Translations under genes and position numbers: made by a program | DNA from: an archaeon | Lineage (GTDB): Archaea > Asgardarchaeota > Thorarchaeia > Thorarchaeales > Thorarchaeaceae | Length of the DNA: 45,461 nucleotides | Assembly (NCBI GenBank): GCA_024276825.1 | Contig: JAJRWI010000018.1 | Span: 1-45,461, forward strand | Direction of reading: 5' to 3' | Shown: piece after piece, positions 26,574 through 35,670 of the stretch | How the letters are laid out: the number at the start of each line of letters is the position of its first letter | Position numbering within the stretch: the first letter of the stretch is position 1 | The notes under the pieces: generated by a model | The model's input: the letters and a program-made list of their open reading frames with translations, nothing else | What the model was told of the DNA's origin: nothing | The model's database searches: none

Positions 26574-27911
26574 TCACACACGATTGATTGGATGGTTCTT
26601 CATGATCTCTCGCATTACTATTGTTGCATATGACCCCTTTCTGAGCTTAAACTTAAACCTGAGTGCATCCTTGTAGTCCTCCACGGTAAGTCCATATGCT
26701 CTAAGGGACACAAGATGTAATCCACCTGGAGTTGAGATGTGGCGATTCTCGGAATTAAAGAAGTCCTTCAGAGAGATGTTCTCTTCAGCAAGGATGCCAA
26801 GCAGAAGATCGGTCTGTTTTGATGGAGGGAGTTTTGTAGCGTATCCGGGAACTGGTGCTGCAATACCATACTTGTCTTTTTGTACAAGGAGTGTTGATTC
26901 TTCAAGATTGCGGCTGGTAACATATAGCCATGAGTCCCGACCAGAGTGGGTTGTATCAAGTTGAATTAAAAAGTCGCCCACATGAGGTGTGTCTATCGAA
27001 AGGCCCTCATGAACTCTCATAGAGATAAGCCGGTTGAAAAGGTAGGACTGGTATGAGTGTACAAAAAGGGTCTGGACCTTGGGAGGAATTCTGAGAAGTG
27101 CATTTTTGAAATCACCTGGGTTGTTCTTCAGGTATGCTAGGACTTCTCGTTCATATCGCAGGTCCTCGGGAAGCAGTTCAATCAGGCTTGCGGTTGGTGT
27201 AAGGGTTTCGGTGAACTCCTTACGTGCAGCCTTCAATTCATCAGACTCATACGAGCTTGGAGTTGCTATCATTATTCGAATGGCAGTTTCATAGTCCTTC
27301 TTAATCATGCTCTTGCCAACAAGGTGGGTCTGTGGTCTTGTCACACCAAACCGTTGAACACCAAAATAGTTCAGAATGGGTTGTTTGGCAAGGGAGTTCA
27401 AGGCATCATAGACCATGGATGAGTCCCTCTCAATATCACGGAGTACAATTGTGAACTGGTTTCCCCAGAGATCACCGATACGGAGGGAGGTTTTAACGTA
27501 GTGAGCATTGCGGACCTCAATTTTTGACAGTCTGAGAAACCTGAGATTGTCTGCCGCCCTCGATGGAACAGTCATATGTTGCGTTGTGATTGCGCGTTTG
27601 TCCTTGAGACCTGCATAACCAACCATATGGCGCGGAATACGTAGTGATGCTGCTAATATATTCACAACATCAAAAGTAGAAAGGCCCTTTTTCTGAACAA
27701 TGAACTTGATGTACTTGGATGGTTCACCTGTGATGAGAGTCTCAGTCCAGCTATTGGCAAATGGTTGAATCTCAAGAACTTGTCCATTGAAATCTATCTC
27801 TTCCACACAGAAGTCTTCGAAATAACGTTTCAGGCGGCCGCCCAGTCCTAGAAAATCAGTCGAATAGAATTCCATCCCATAGGAGAGTTCGGTAGGATGG
27901 GCAGGCTTCAA
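26574..27911 (-). CDS. truD: tRNA pseudouridine(13) synthase TruD/Pus7
   Basis: EDFCVEE, YAGLKDKRAITTQ, GNQF, NYFGVQRFG, HSYQSYLFN, GSYAT. Confidence 0.96.
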   Translation of the reverse strand: MKPAHPTELSYGMEFYSTDFLGLGGRLKRYFEDFCVEEIDFNGQVLEIQPFANSWTETLITGEPSKYIKFIVQKKGLSTFDVVNILAASLRIPRHMVGYAGLKDKRAITTQHMTVPSRAADNLRFLRLSKIEVRNAHYVKTSLRIGDLWGNQFTIVLRDIERDSSMVYDALNSLAKQPILNYFGVQRFGVTRPQTHLVGKSMIKKDYETAIRIMIATPSSYESDELKAARKEFTETLTPTASLIELLPEDLRYEREVLAYLKNNPGDFKNALLRIPPKVQTLFVHSYQSYLFNRLISMRVHEGLSIDTPHVGDFLIQLDTTHSGRDSWLYVTSRNLEESTLLVQKDKYGIAAPVPGYATKLPPSKQTDLLLGILAEENISLKDFFNSENRHISTPGGLHLVSLRAYGLTVEDYKDALRFKFKLRKGSYATIVMREIMKNHPINRV

Positions 27912-27921
27912 TATATATCCC

Positions 27922-28299
27922 TCATAATAGTTTGAGATTGCCTGTCACTTTGTCAACATCTTCTGATCTAGCAGGTCCAATTCCTATAACTGTTGTAGTT
28001 CCTGGAGGAAGTTCAGTCATTCCAGCATCACGAATAAGTGCAAATGGAAGTCCATGAGTCACAGCCAAACGACGCAATTCCATAAGTTCATCTTCAGAAC
28101 TGACCCTAACAGCGACCTTTTTCTGGCCTTCTCTTAACCAAGATCGGAATATCTCCTGTTGACTAACACGAGCCCGTTCTGCAGCACTCACAGCACCATG
28201 TGCCACCTGTACGGCCATCTTGCCCTTACTCATTCCCAAGTCCGTACGAACAGCAATCACCTGTTTGTACTTGAATTCTCTTGGTTTCAGAAGCCTCAT
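27922..28299 (-). CDS. pth2: Peptidyl-tRNA hydrolase Pth2
   Basis: KQVIAVRTDLGMSKGKMAVQVAH, GQKK, DAGMTE, GIGP, VTGNLKLL. Confidence 0.97.
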   Translation of the reverse strand: MRLLKPREFKYKQVIAVRTDLGMSKGKMAVQVAHGAVSAAERARVSQQEIFRSWLREGQKKVAVRVSSEDELMELRRLAVTHGLPFALIRDAGMTELPPGTTTVIGIGPARSEDVDKVTGNLKLL

Positions 28300-28364
28300 T
28301 GTTAGTCAACCAGTTGTTATGGTAAATGTGAACGATAAAAAAGGTATCATGTGATACAATCACA

Positions 28365-29570
28365 ATGCCTTCAGAGAAACATGATGTAGTTGTGATTGGT
28401 GCAGGCCCTGCGGGTCTCCTGTCAGCCATAGAGGTTGCAAGTAGTGGACATCAGGTTTTGGTCCTTGAAGAACATGATGAAGTGGGCATACCAGACCATT
28501 GTGCTGGACTATTGAGCCATTCGGGATTGAGAATGCTAAGGCTTCGACCTCCTGATGATGTGATTCTTAATCATGTTAGTGGGGCAAGGATCTATTCACC
28601 CACGGGTCATTCCATTTTAATCGAGCGGGGCAAGAAAGAGGCGATGGTCATCGATAGAAGAGTGTTCGATTCTTGGCTCGCTGACAAGGCTCACGATGAA
28701 GGGGCACTTGTGAGAACGGGGTCCAGAGTTGTTGATGTACATCTTTCAGGTGATGGATTGACAGTTTCAATTCGTGGTTCAAAGGACAGATTAATATCAG
28801 AGGTTATTATTAACGGAGAAGGCTCCACAGGAGTCATATCAAGACAGTTGGGATTTCAACCAGTTTCACACCATGCCAAGCACGTAGCCTATCAATATGA
28901 GATGAGGGGACTAAGTATTGATGATGACATAGTTGAGATGTTTTATGGCAGACAATTTGCACCAGGGTTTTTCTCATGGCTGATTCCTCTTGGTGACGGA
29001 AGGGCAAGAGTTGGGCTGGCTGCTAGGGACAGAGCAAAGATCAGATTGAGAGCAGCATTGTCGCACCACCCCATAATGCGAGAGAGAATGAGAGGCGGTA
29101 AGATTGAGAGAGGGATGGGTGGAGTGGTTCTTATTGGAAGGCCATTAAGAAGAACATATTCCAATAGAGCATTACTTGTGGGTGATGCTGCAGGAATGGT
29201 CAAGGCGACCACGGGAGGAGGGGTGATTCTCGGAGGAGTGATTTCAAAGATCGCAGGAAGAGTCGTAAGCAGGGCAATTAATGAGAAAAATACTAGTTCA
29301 GAGTTTCTGAAACAGTATCAAAGGGAGTGGCGTGCAAGGTTTGGAAATGAATTCATGATCATGTATCTGGTGCAAAGGATTCTGGCTTCATTGACTGATC
29401 GAGGCCTTGATCAATTGGTGATTGACGCTGAGCAGCACGGCCTAGTCGATATTGTGAGAAGGAGAGGTGACATGGACAAGCAAAGAAGGGTGATTCTCAG
29501 CTTGCTCAGAAACCCCCACACCATTCTGATGGGGATGAGGGCAATTAGGTTTTTGAGCCCATTACTTTAG
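28365..29570 (+). CDS. Geranylgeranyl reductase family FAD oxidoreductase
   Basis: GAGPAG, HCAG, APGFFSWLIP, VGDAAG...TGGG. Confidence 0.88.
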   Translation: MPSEKHDVVVIGAGPAGLLSAIEVASSGHQVLVLEEHDEVGIPDHCAGLLSHSGLRMLRLRPPDDVILNHVSGARIYSPTGHSILIERGKKEAMVIDRRVFDSWLADKAHDEGALVRTGSRVVDVHLSGDGLTVSIRGSKDRLISEVIINGEGSTGVISRQLGFQPVSHHAKHVAYQYEMRGLSIDDDIVEMFYGRQFAPGFFSWLIPLGDGRARVGLAARDRAKIRLRAALSHHPIMRERMRGGKIERGMGGVVLIGRPLRRTYSNRALLVGDAAGMVKATTGGGVILGGVISKIAGRVVSRAINEKNTSSEFLKQYQREWRARFGNEFMIMYLVQRILASLTDRGLDQLVIDAEQHGLVDIVRRRGDMDKQRRVILSLLRNPHTILMGMRAIRFLSPLL

Positions 29571-29624
29571 TCCAACAACCATCTTTATGTTGAAGTACTT
29601 TAACACAGATGTGTGATTTTGATT

Positions 29625-31004
29625 ATGTCCATTGATGAACAGAGAGAATTATTGGATGAAGTAGAAACCATACTTGGTCAATATCCATTATGTGACTATT
29701 GTTTAGGGCGGCTGTTTGGTTGGCTAAGCACAGGAATGACAAACAGAAACCGTGGGACATCAATCAAGACCGTGCTTTCAATGATTGCTGATGAGAAACT
29801 GAGGAGGGGCGATGAGCAGGGTATTCAATTGATGAAAAAATTGGCTGAAAATGGGATGTTTGAGCCTGCAAGAAAACGACTGGCCAAGGAGAACATTCCA
29901 TATGACGAGAAGAGTATATGTCATCTATGCTCGATAGATGATAAGAGCATTTTCTCACGAGTTCCAAAAGTAAAAGAGATGGCAGTCCAAGCCATAGGAG
30001 CAATCGAATACAGCACATTTCTAGTAGGATCAGTTCATCCCCCAGAGTTGATTGAACGGCAAGAAGAACTTGTAGCTAGGCACAAGCTCATCAATGCTGA
30101 AACACTGAAGTCACACTTTAACCGCGAACTCGGCAGAGTTCTTCAAGAAACACTGGGCAAGGATGTAGACTTTAAACATCCAGATATTGTTGTTGTCTAT
30201 GACAGTCATAAAGACAGTGTTTCAATACAAATAAATCCGCTATTTATTGCAGGGCGCTATAAAAAACTGGTCAGGGGAATTCCTCAGAGCAGATGGGACT
30301 GCAAGAGTTGCAGGGGAAAAGGATGTGAGAAGTGCAATTTCACGGGAAGACTCTATCCTGATTCTATTTCAGAGTATGTTAGTCAACCAATATTGGAGGA
30401 GTTTAATGGATCAAGGTTCAAGTTTCATGCTGCTGGGAGAGAGGACATTGATGCTTTGATGTTGGGAACTGGAAGGCCCTTTGTTGTTGAGATTTCAAAT
30501 CCCGAGAAACGTAAAACTGACCTCAAAAAGCTCGAACATGAGATCAATCGCAGGGCCAAGGGAAAGATTGAGGTGTCTGGCCTAAAGTATTCAGAGAGGG
30601 GCTACGCTCAGAAGTTCATGCGTGAAGCATCCCTGAATGTGAAAGAGTATGAGGCAATAATCCGTGTGAAGGAAGGGATTATTCCCGATGATGCACTGTC
30701 CAAGGCATCTGAACAATTGAGTGATATTGAGATTGAACAGAGAACACCACTGCGCGTGAAGCATAGAAGAAGTGATATTATCAGGAGGAAACGGGTCTAT
30801 CAGATCAGGCTTGAACGCATTGATCATGACCGACTAAAGGGATTCTTCAAAGTACAGGGTGGTACTTACATCAAGGAGTTGATATCAGGCGATGAGGGCA
30901 GAACAAGTCCATCTGTTTCGGGAGTTCTTGGGGTCCCGTGTGTATGTGAGGAGTTAAATGTGGTCGCAATCTATTCCAAAGAGGATCCTATTGATGGCCA
31001 ATGA
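29625..31004 (+). CDS. pus10: tRNA pseudouridine(54/55) synthase Pus10
   Basis: LCDYCLGR, GRYKK...PQSRW, AAGREDID, GRPF, QRTP, GGTYIKELISGD. Confidence 0.96.
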   Translation: MSIDEQRELLDEVETILGQYPLCDYCLGRLFGWLSTGMTNRNRGTSIKTVLSMIADEKLRRGDEQGIQLMKKLAENGMFEPARKRLAKENIPYDEKSICHLCSIDDKSIFSRVPKVKEMAVQAIGAIEYSTFLVGSVHPPELIERQEELVARHKLINAETLKSHFNRELGRVLQETLGKDVDFKHPDIVVVYDSHKDSVSIQINPLFIAGRYKKLVRGIPQSRWDCKSCRGKGCEKCNFTGRLYPDSISEYVSQPILEEFNGSRFKFHAAGREDIDALMLGTGRPFVVEISNPEKRKTDLKKLEHEINRRAKGKIEVSGLKYSERGYAQKFMREASLNVKEYEAIIRVKEGIIPDDALSKASEQLSDIEIEQRTPLRVKHRRSDIIRRKRVYQIRLERIDHDRLKGFFKVQGGTYIKELISGDEGRTSPSVSGVLGVPCVCEELNVVAIYSKEDPIDGQ

Positions 31005-31134
31005 GATAACATGGCACAGTATTAATGACAAACCATAATCCTTAAGTGTTGACTCTAGAGGGAATGCTGGAACTTGGTTGGTCAGATGAGTTTCTAAATG
31101 ACCAAGAATAGATTAGAAGGTAAGTTGATGCTCT

Positions 31135-31431
31135 ATGGTCAAAAAGAGTCATGGATACCGCGCTCGTACACGTAGCTTGATGAGTAAGAGAGTGCGTACA
31201 CGTGGTCTTCGACCTCTAAGTGCTTTACTCACTAATTATGAAGTAGGCCAGAGAGTAGACATAATCATTGATCCATCTTTCCATAAGGGAATGCCTCACA
31301 AGCGATATCATGGGAAGACTGGTGTGGTGATTGGTCTAAGAGGTCGAGCAGTGATAGTCGATGTAAAGATTGGGAGGGCCACAAAGACTATTATAGTTAG
31401 ACCCGAACATCTACGACTCAGCAGAGGTTGA
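31135..31431 (+). CDS. rpl21e: 50S ribosomal protein eL21
   Basis: SHGYRARTR, KGMPHKRYHGKTG, RPEHL. Confidence 0.97.
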   Translation: MVKKSHGYRARTRSLMSKRVRTRGLRPLSALLTNYEVGQRVDIIIDPSFHKGMPHKRYHGKTGVVIGLRGRAVIVDVKIGRATKTIIVRPEHLRLSRG

Positions 31432-31441
31432 AGGTGGGAAA

Positions 31442-31777
31442 ATGCCAAGAGAGATTGTTGCAGAAGAAGAGATCACACTTGCACAGGTGAAAAAAATACT
31501 GACACAGAGAAAGAAAGAGGGAGACCTCTCTTTCCAGCAATCAATCACGCTTGAGCATGCAAGCACTTTCGCTAAGATGCCTCCATCTGCAGCACGTAAA
31601 CTTGTGGAACGACTGATCAAGAACTACGAGATACCCCGAGTATTGGCAGTCCAAGTTGTGAACATTGCCCCCACCACAATTGAGGAACTCAAGGTCATAT
31701 TGGACCAGCATCATCCAAACCTCACCGAGGAGCAATTGAATGAGATAGTTGAGCTTGTGATAAAGAACAGATCATGA
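31442..31777 (+). CDS. rpoF: RNA polymerase subunit F (Rpo4)
   Basis: Rpo4-like sequence (LSFQQ..TLEH, VVNIAP...EL) in the conserved rpl21e-rpoF-DUF655-ksgA order. Confidence 0.9.
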   Translation: MPREIVAEEEITLAQVKKILTQRKKEGDLSFQQSITLEHASTFAKMPPSAARKLVERLIKNYEIPRVLAVQVVNIAPTTIEELKVILDQHHPNLTEEQLNEIVELVIKNRS

Positions 31778-31881
31778 AACTGTTAACAATTAGCGCGGGT
31801 CAGCATGAATGCGATTCACTTTTAACCGAATTTTACTAGGTCTTCTATGATGCACGTGGAAGATGCCAGGAGTAGAACAAA

Positions 31882-32496
31882 ATGGAAGATGCTCAAACCA
31901 AAGCATATGAGACTCATGCTTATATCCTGGCAGTCATTCCTCCAAAAGTGACTTTTCGTAATACAAGACCACGTGGCGAAACCGTTATTCAGGCTGTTGG
32001 TGAGGACTACTTCACGCTTCTTGAGTTGATTCCAAGAAAGGGAATGAGAGTCCATCCGCAAGAACGAGTGTCCATTGAAAAGAACAGTAGAGGCAAGATT
32101 GAGCGAGTCAAGAGGCGTATATTCTATGATGATCTTGCCCCTGAGAGTGAAGAAGTGCTTCCATTAGTGATTGAGATAATTGTGACAAAGCATGAGATGA
32201 AATATGTAGAGTTCTTCAATAAGGCACCTCCGATCACCACTAGAATGCATTCTCTGCAACTTCTGCCAGGGATTGGACAGACCCTTATGTGGGCAATACT
32301 TGAGGAGAGAAAGAAGAGTCCCTTCACTAGCTTTGATGATATTGCTTCACGGACAAAATTGCAAAACCCCAAGAAGGTCATAAGAGAGAGAATACTTGCC
32401 GAACTTCAGGAAGATGTCAAGAGATGGCTATTTGTTAAACCACCCCGAAGAGATGATAGCAGAAACGGCAAAGAGAAGCATAGAAGAAAGAGATGA
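31882..32496 (+). CDS. DUF655 family putative RNA-binding protein
   Basis: QAVGEDYFTLLEL, FFNKAPPITTRMHSLQLLPGIG, PFTSFDDI. Confidence 0.93.
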   Translation: MEDAQTKAYETHAYILAVIPPKVTFRNTRPRGETVIQAVGEDYFTLLELIPRKGMRVHPQERVSIEKNSRGKIERVKRRIFYDDLAPESEEVLPLVIEIIVTKHEMKYVEFFNKAPPITTRMHSLQLLPGIGQTLMWAILEERKKSPFTSFDDIASRTKLQNPKKVIRERILAELQEDVKRWLFVKPPRRDDSRNGKEKHRRKR

Positions 32497-33396
32497 TTGG
32501 GGATCTCCGTGTCAATCAGTATTGAGAGCACAAAGGCACTACTTCAGAAATATAATATCCGACCAAGCAAAAAGAGTGGACAGAGCTTCTTAATCAACCC
32601 AATTATTGCAGGTAAGATTGTGAGTTTTGCCAACCTTTCAAAAAATGACACAGTGCTTGAGATTGGAGGGGGACTGGGAGCCATCAGTAGATTACTTGCA
32701 GAGATGGCGGGTGAAGTCATAATCATTGAGATTGATAGGAACTTGGTACGTGCATTGAATGACATCCTTCAACCATATGACAATGTGAAAATAGTCCAAG
32801 GGAATGTTCTCAAAGTGGACTTGCCGCAGGTTTCGAAGATAGTATCAAATCTTCCTTACAGCATCTCATCAGAAATCACATTTCGAATCATAAGGGAGAT
32901 GGAGTTCAAACAGGCGATACTGATGTATCAACAAGAGTTTGCAAACAGACTTGTTGCAGAACCTTGTACTCAAAACTATTCAAGACTCACTGCGAATTTC
33001 ACATACCTTGCAAAGGCCGAGATATTGATGCCAGTTCAGGCAAGGGAGTTCTATCCCATACCAGAGGTGGACTCGTCTGTCGTGTGTATAACTAAAAGAG
33101 AAGATGGGCCATTCGCAACTGATAATGACCTCTTTGAGATTGTTGTGAGGGGCATATTTGCATATCCAAACAAGCAGGTTCGTAAGGCACTGAGAATCTG
33201 GTTTAGACAGCTGAGTATTAGCAGAGAAACGGCGGATAGACTTGTTGAGAGAGTACCGTCTATTGAATCAACTGATAGAATTCGTTGTCTAGGGATTGAT
33301 AGATTAGTCGAATTATCAGATGCAATTCATGATATGATTGAGCAGGGGATTATGAAGGACATCAGGGGGAATCGCACTGAAGTTCGATGTGTTTGA
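32497..33396 (+). CDS. ksgA: 16S rRNA m6,2A dimethyltransferase KsgA/Dim1
   Basis: GQSFL, LEIGGGLG, EID, SNLPYSISS, QQEFA.RL, PIPEVDS. Start uncertain. Confidence 0.95.
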   Translation: MGISVSISIESTKALLQKYNIRPSKKSGQSFLINPIIAGKIVSFANLSKNDTVLEIGGGLGAISRLLAEMAGEVIIIEIDRNLVRALNDILQPYDNVKIVQGNVLKVDLPQVSKIVSNLPYSISSEITFRIIREMEFKQAILMYQQEFANRLVAEPCTQNYSRLTANFTYLAKAEILMPVQAREFYPIPEVDSSVVCITKREDGPFATDNDLFEIVVRGIFAYPNKQVRKALRIWFRQLSISRETADRLVERVPSIESTDRIRCLGIDRLVELSDAIHDMIEQGIMKDIRGNRTEVRCV

Positions 33397-33964
33397 TATT
33401 GTTGTTTACCCCACAGTATACCCTCCATCCGATGACACCTATCTCCTTTACGATCATGTGGAATTAAAGGGCGCAAGTTCGTTTCTTGAGATTGGATGTG
33501 GAACTGGTGTTCTCACCCTGAAGGCTGCTAAGAATGTGGACAGGGTCATTGCAACGGACATCTCACTTGATGCTGTTCTAAACACAATAGAGAATCTTTA
33601 TAGAAATGGGATGGAACACCGAGCTTCTGTTCTGCAATGCGACTTGCTGAGCGCATTTAATGATAATGTCAAATTCAGCATAATAGCATGGAATCCCCCC
33701 TATCTTCCCAAAGGGGATATAGACACCAGTTTGGATGATGCATTAGTAGGTGGAGAGAAGGGCAATGAGAATATCATGAGGCTTCTCCCAGAGATACCAG
33801 CACATCTTGAAAAGGATGGGGCATTATACTTGGTGATTTCATCTTTGAGTGACCCGGATGAGATCACTTGGCTCATGAAACACTTAAGACTAGAGGTCGA
33901 GGTGGTGGCAGAAAAGAGATTGTTTTTTGAAAATCTCTTATTGTTAAAGGGAATAATGAATTGA
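33389..33964 (+). CDS. HemK2/N6AMT1-like methyltransferase
   Basis: VYPPSDDTYLL, LEIGCGTG, NPPY, GGEKG, FFE. Confidence 0.92.
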   Translation: MFDIVVYPTVYPPSDDTYLLYDHVELKGASSFLEIGCGTGVLTLKAAKNVDRVIATDISLDAVLNTIENLYRNGMEHRASVLQCDLLSAFNDNVKFSIIAWNPPYLPKGDIDTSLDDALVGGEKGNENIMRLLPEIPAHLEKDGALYLVISSLSDPDEITWLMKHLRLEVEVVAEKRLFFENLLLLKGIMN

Positions 33965-34044
33965 CGACCAGAAGGAAAGCATTTTAATAAACCCTGATTG
34001 AGAGCAGTCAGACCATGTTTCTATGGGACTAGAGGGATTCAAAA

Positions 34045-34815
34045 ATGTCTGACAAAAAAGGTCAGAAAACCACAACAAGAAAAAAAACTACCAAAAAGGT
34101 TGAGAATGTCGTTAAAGAGAAGAGCCTGATTTATCTCGATTATATTGCAAAGACAAAAGAGGATGGAAAGATTTTCGATCTGACTCTTGAAGAAGTGGCC
34201 AAAGAGGAAGGCATCTACAAAGAGGATGGGCGTTATGAGCCAATCTTGGTCGCTGTTGGCATGAACTGGTTACTGTCAGCACTAGAAGAACAATTAGTGG
34301 GCATGAAGGTTGGCGAGAGCAAGAAAATAGAAGTGCCTCCAGAGAGAGCTTTCGGCAAGCGGGACCCCAATAAGGTGAAACAGATAGCCAAGACAAAGCT
34401 GGCAAAAATGGGAGTCAAGCCGATTAAGGGAGAGGAGGTCACTCTTGGAAGAGATAGAGGAGAGATTGTCAGCGTTTTGGGTAGAACTGTACGTGTCGAT
34501 TTCAACAGCCCTCTTGCAGGAAAGACCATTGTGTTTGATGTCACAGTTAGAGAGATAGTCACAGATCCAGTAGAGAAAGTAAGAGCCATAATTAGGCGCC
34601 GAATTCCAGGAATCCCTGATGATAAGTTCAATGTTAAAATAAAGACAAAGACTGTGACGATTGATCTCCCCAAGGAAACTCGTTATATCCAAGATGTTTC
34701 GTATGCTGAGATTGGCATTGCCAGAGATATCCTGGACATCATCGAGTCGGCTAATGAGGTTAAAATAGTTATAACCTTTGAGCGTCCGGAGGCAGTAGCG
34801 TCAGATGAGGAATAA
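34045..34815 (+). CDS. FKBP-type peptidyl-prolyl isomerase (long archaeal SlyD-type)
   Basis: GKIFDLT, PERAFGKRD, VDFNSPLAGKT, plus a C-terminal domain. Confidence 0.92.
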   Translation: MSDKKGQKTTTRKKTTKKVENVVKEKSLIYLDYIAKTKEDGKIFDLTLEEVAKEEGIYKEDGRYEPILVAVGMNWLLSALEEQLVGMKVGESKKIEVPPERAFGKRDPNKVKQIAKTKLAKMGVKPIKGEEVTLGRDRGEIVSVLGRTVRVDFNSPLAGKTIVFDVTVREIVTDPVEKVRAIIRRRIPGIPDDKFNVKIKTKTVTIDLPKETRYIQDVSYAEIGIARDILDIIESANEVKIVITFERPEAVASDEE

Positions 34816-34918
34816 CTAATTCAATGCCTTGTCGCAACCTTTTAATATGAAAAAGATGAAGTTGGCACAGTCACTCATTCTTTATCATCATATTCTTCTA
34901 AATAGGGAGTTTACCAAT

Positions 34919-35557
34919 ATGGAACATGACATGAATCCTCCCACTGAGGTACTGAAGACCGGAACAACCACAGTGGGTCTTATAGCAAAGGACTGCGTCG
35001 TTCTTGCAAGCGATCAGAGAGCCACAATGGGGCTATTGATAGCAAACAAGACAGCTCAGAAGATTCACAAAATCACAAACCGGATTGGAGTAACAATTGC
35101 TGGTTCTGTGGCTGATGCTCAAGCCATTGTTGACCTTCTTCGTGCTGAAACCAAGCTCTTTGAGATTCAACATGGCAGGCCAATCAGAGTGAGGGCCATG
35201 ACACGTTTGATGAGCAATATCTTGTTCCAAGGACGTGGACTATATATGGTGGGCTTCATTGTGGGAGGATATGATGATGAGGGACCGCAGGTCTACCAGA
35301 GTGACTTCATTGGGTCTGTTCTCTCAGACAAGTTTGTTTCAACCGGATCTGGTTCGCCAGTTGCACTAGGTGTTCTAGAGGCAAACTATAAGGATGACAT
35401 GCCCAAAAAGAAGGCAATTGAACTTGCTGTACAGGCCATTGCCTCGGCAATTGAGCGTGATGCAGCCAGCGGCAACTCAATTCTTGTCAGTGTTATTGAC
35501 AAGGATGGCTATCAAGCTATTGACAAAGACATAATTATGAAAATATGGAAGCAGTGA
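34919..35557 (+). CDS. psmB: Proteasome beta subunit
   Basis: Propeptide cleavage KTG^TTTVG, AGSVADAQ, TGSGS, RDAASG. Confidence 0.97.
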   Translation: MEHDMNPPTEVLKTGTTTVGLIAKDCVVLASDQRATMGLLIANKTAQKIHKITNRIGVTIAGSVADAQAIVDLLRAETKLFEIQHGRPIRVRAMTRLMSNILFQGRGLYMVGFIVGGYDDEGPQVYQSDFIGSVLSDKFVSTGSGSPVALGVLEANYKDDMPKKKAIELAVQAIASAIERDAASGNSILVSVIDKDGYQAIDKDIIMKIWKQ

Positions 35558-35670
35558 TGCTTTTCCGAATGACCTGCAGATCCTAACGGATTGCAAGAAT
35601 CAAGTTTGTACACAACTGATTTAATGAATAATAGAAAGGCAAAGAGGCCTTTGACATGGTGAGATAATTT

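Noticed and set aside
31005-31134. SRP RNA or another ncRNA between pus10 and rpl21e
   Set aside because: Only 130 nt and AT-rich; just a 7-bp stem (TTGGTCA/TGACCAA) and no SRP helix 8 motif.
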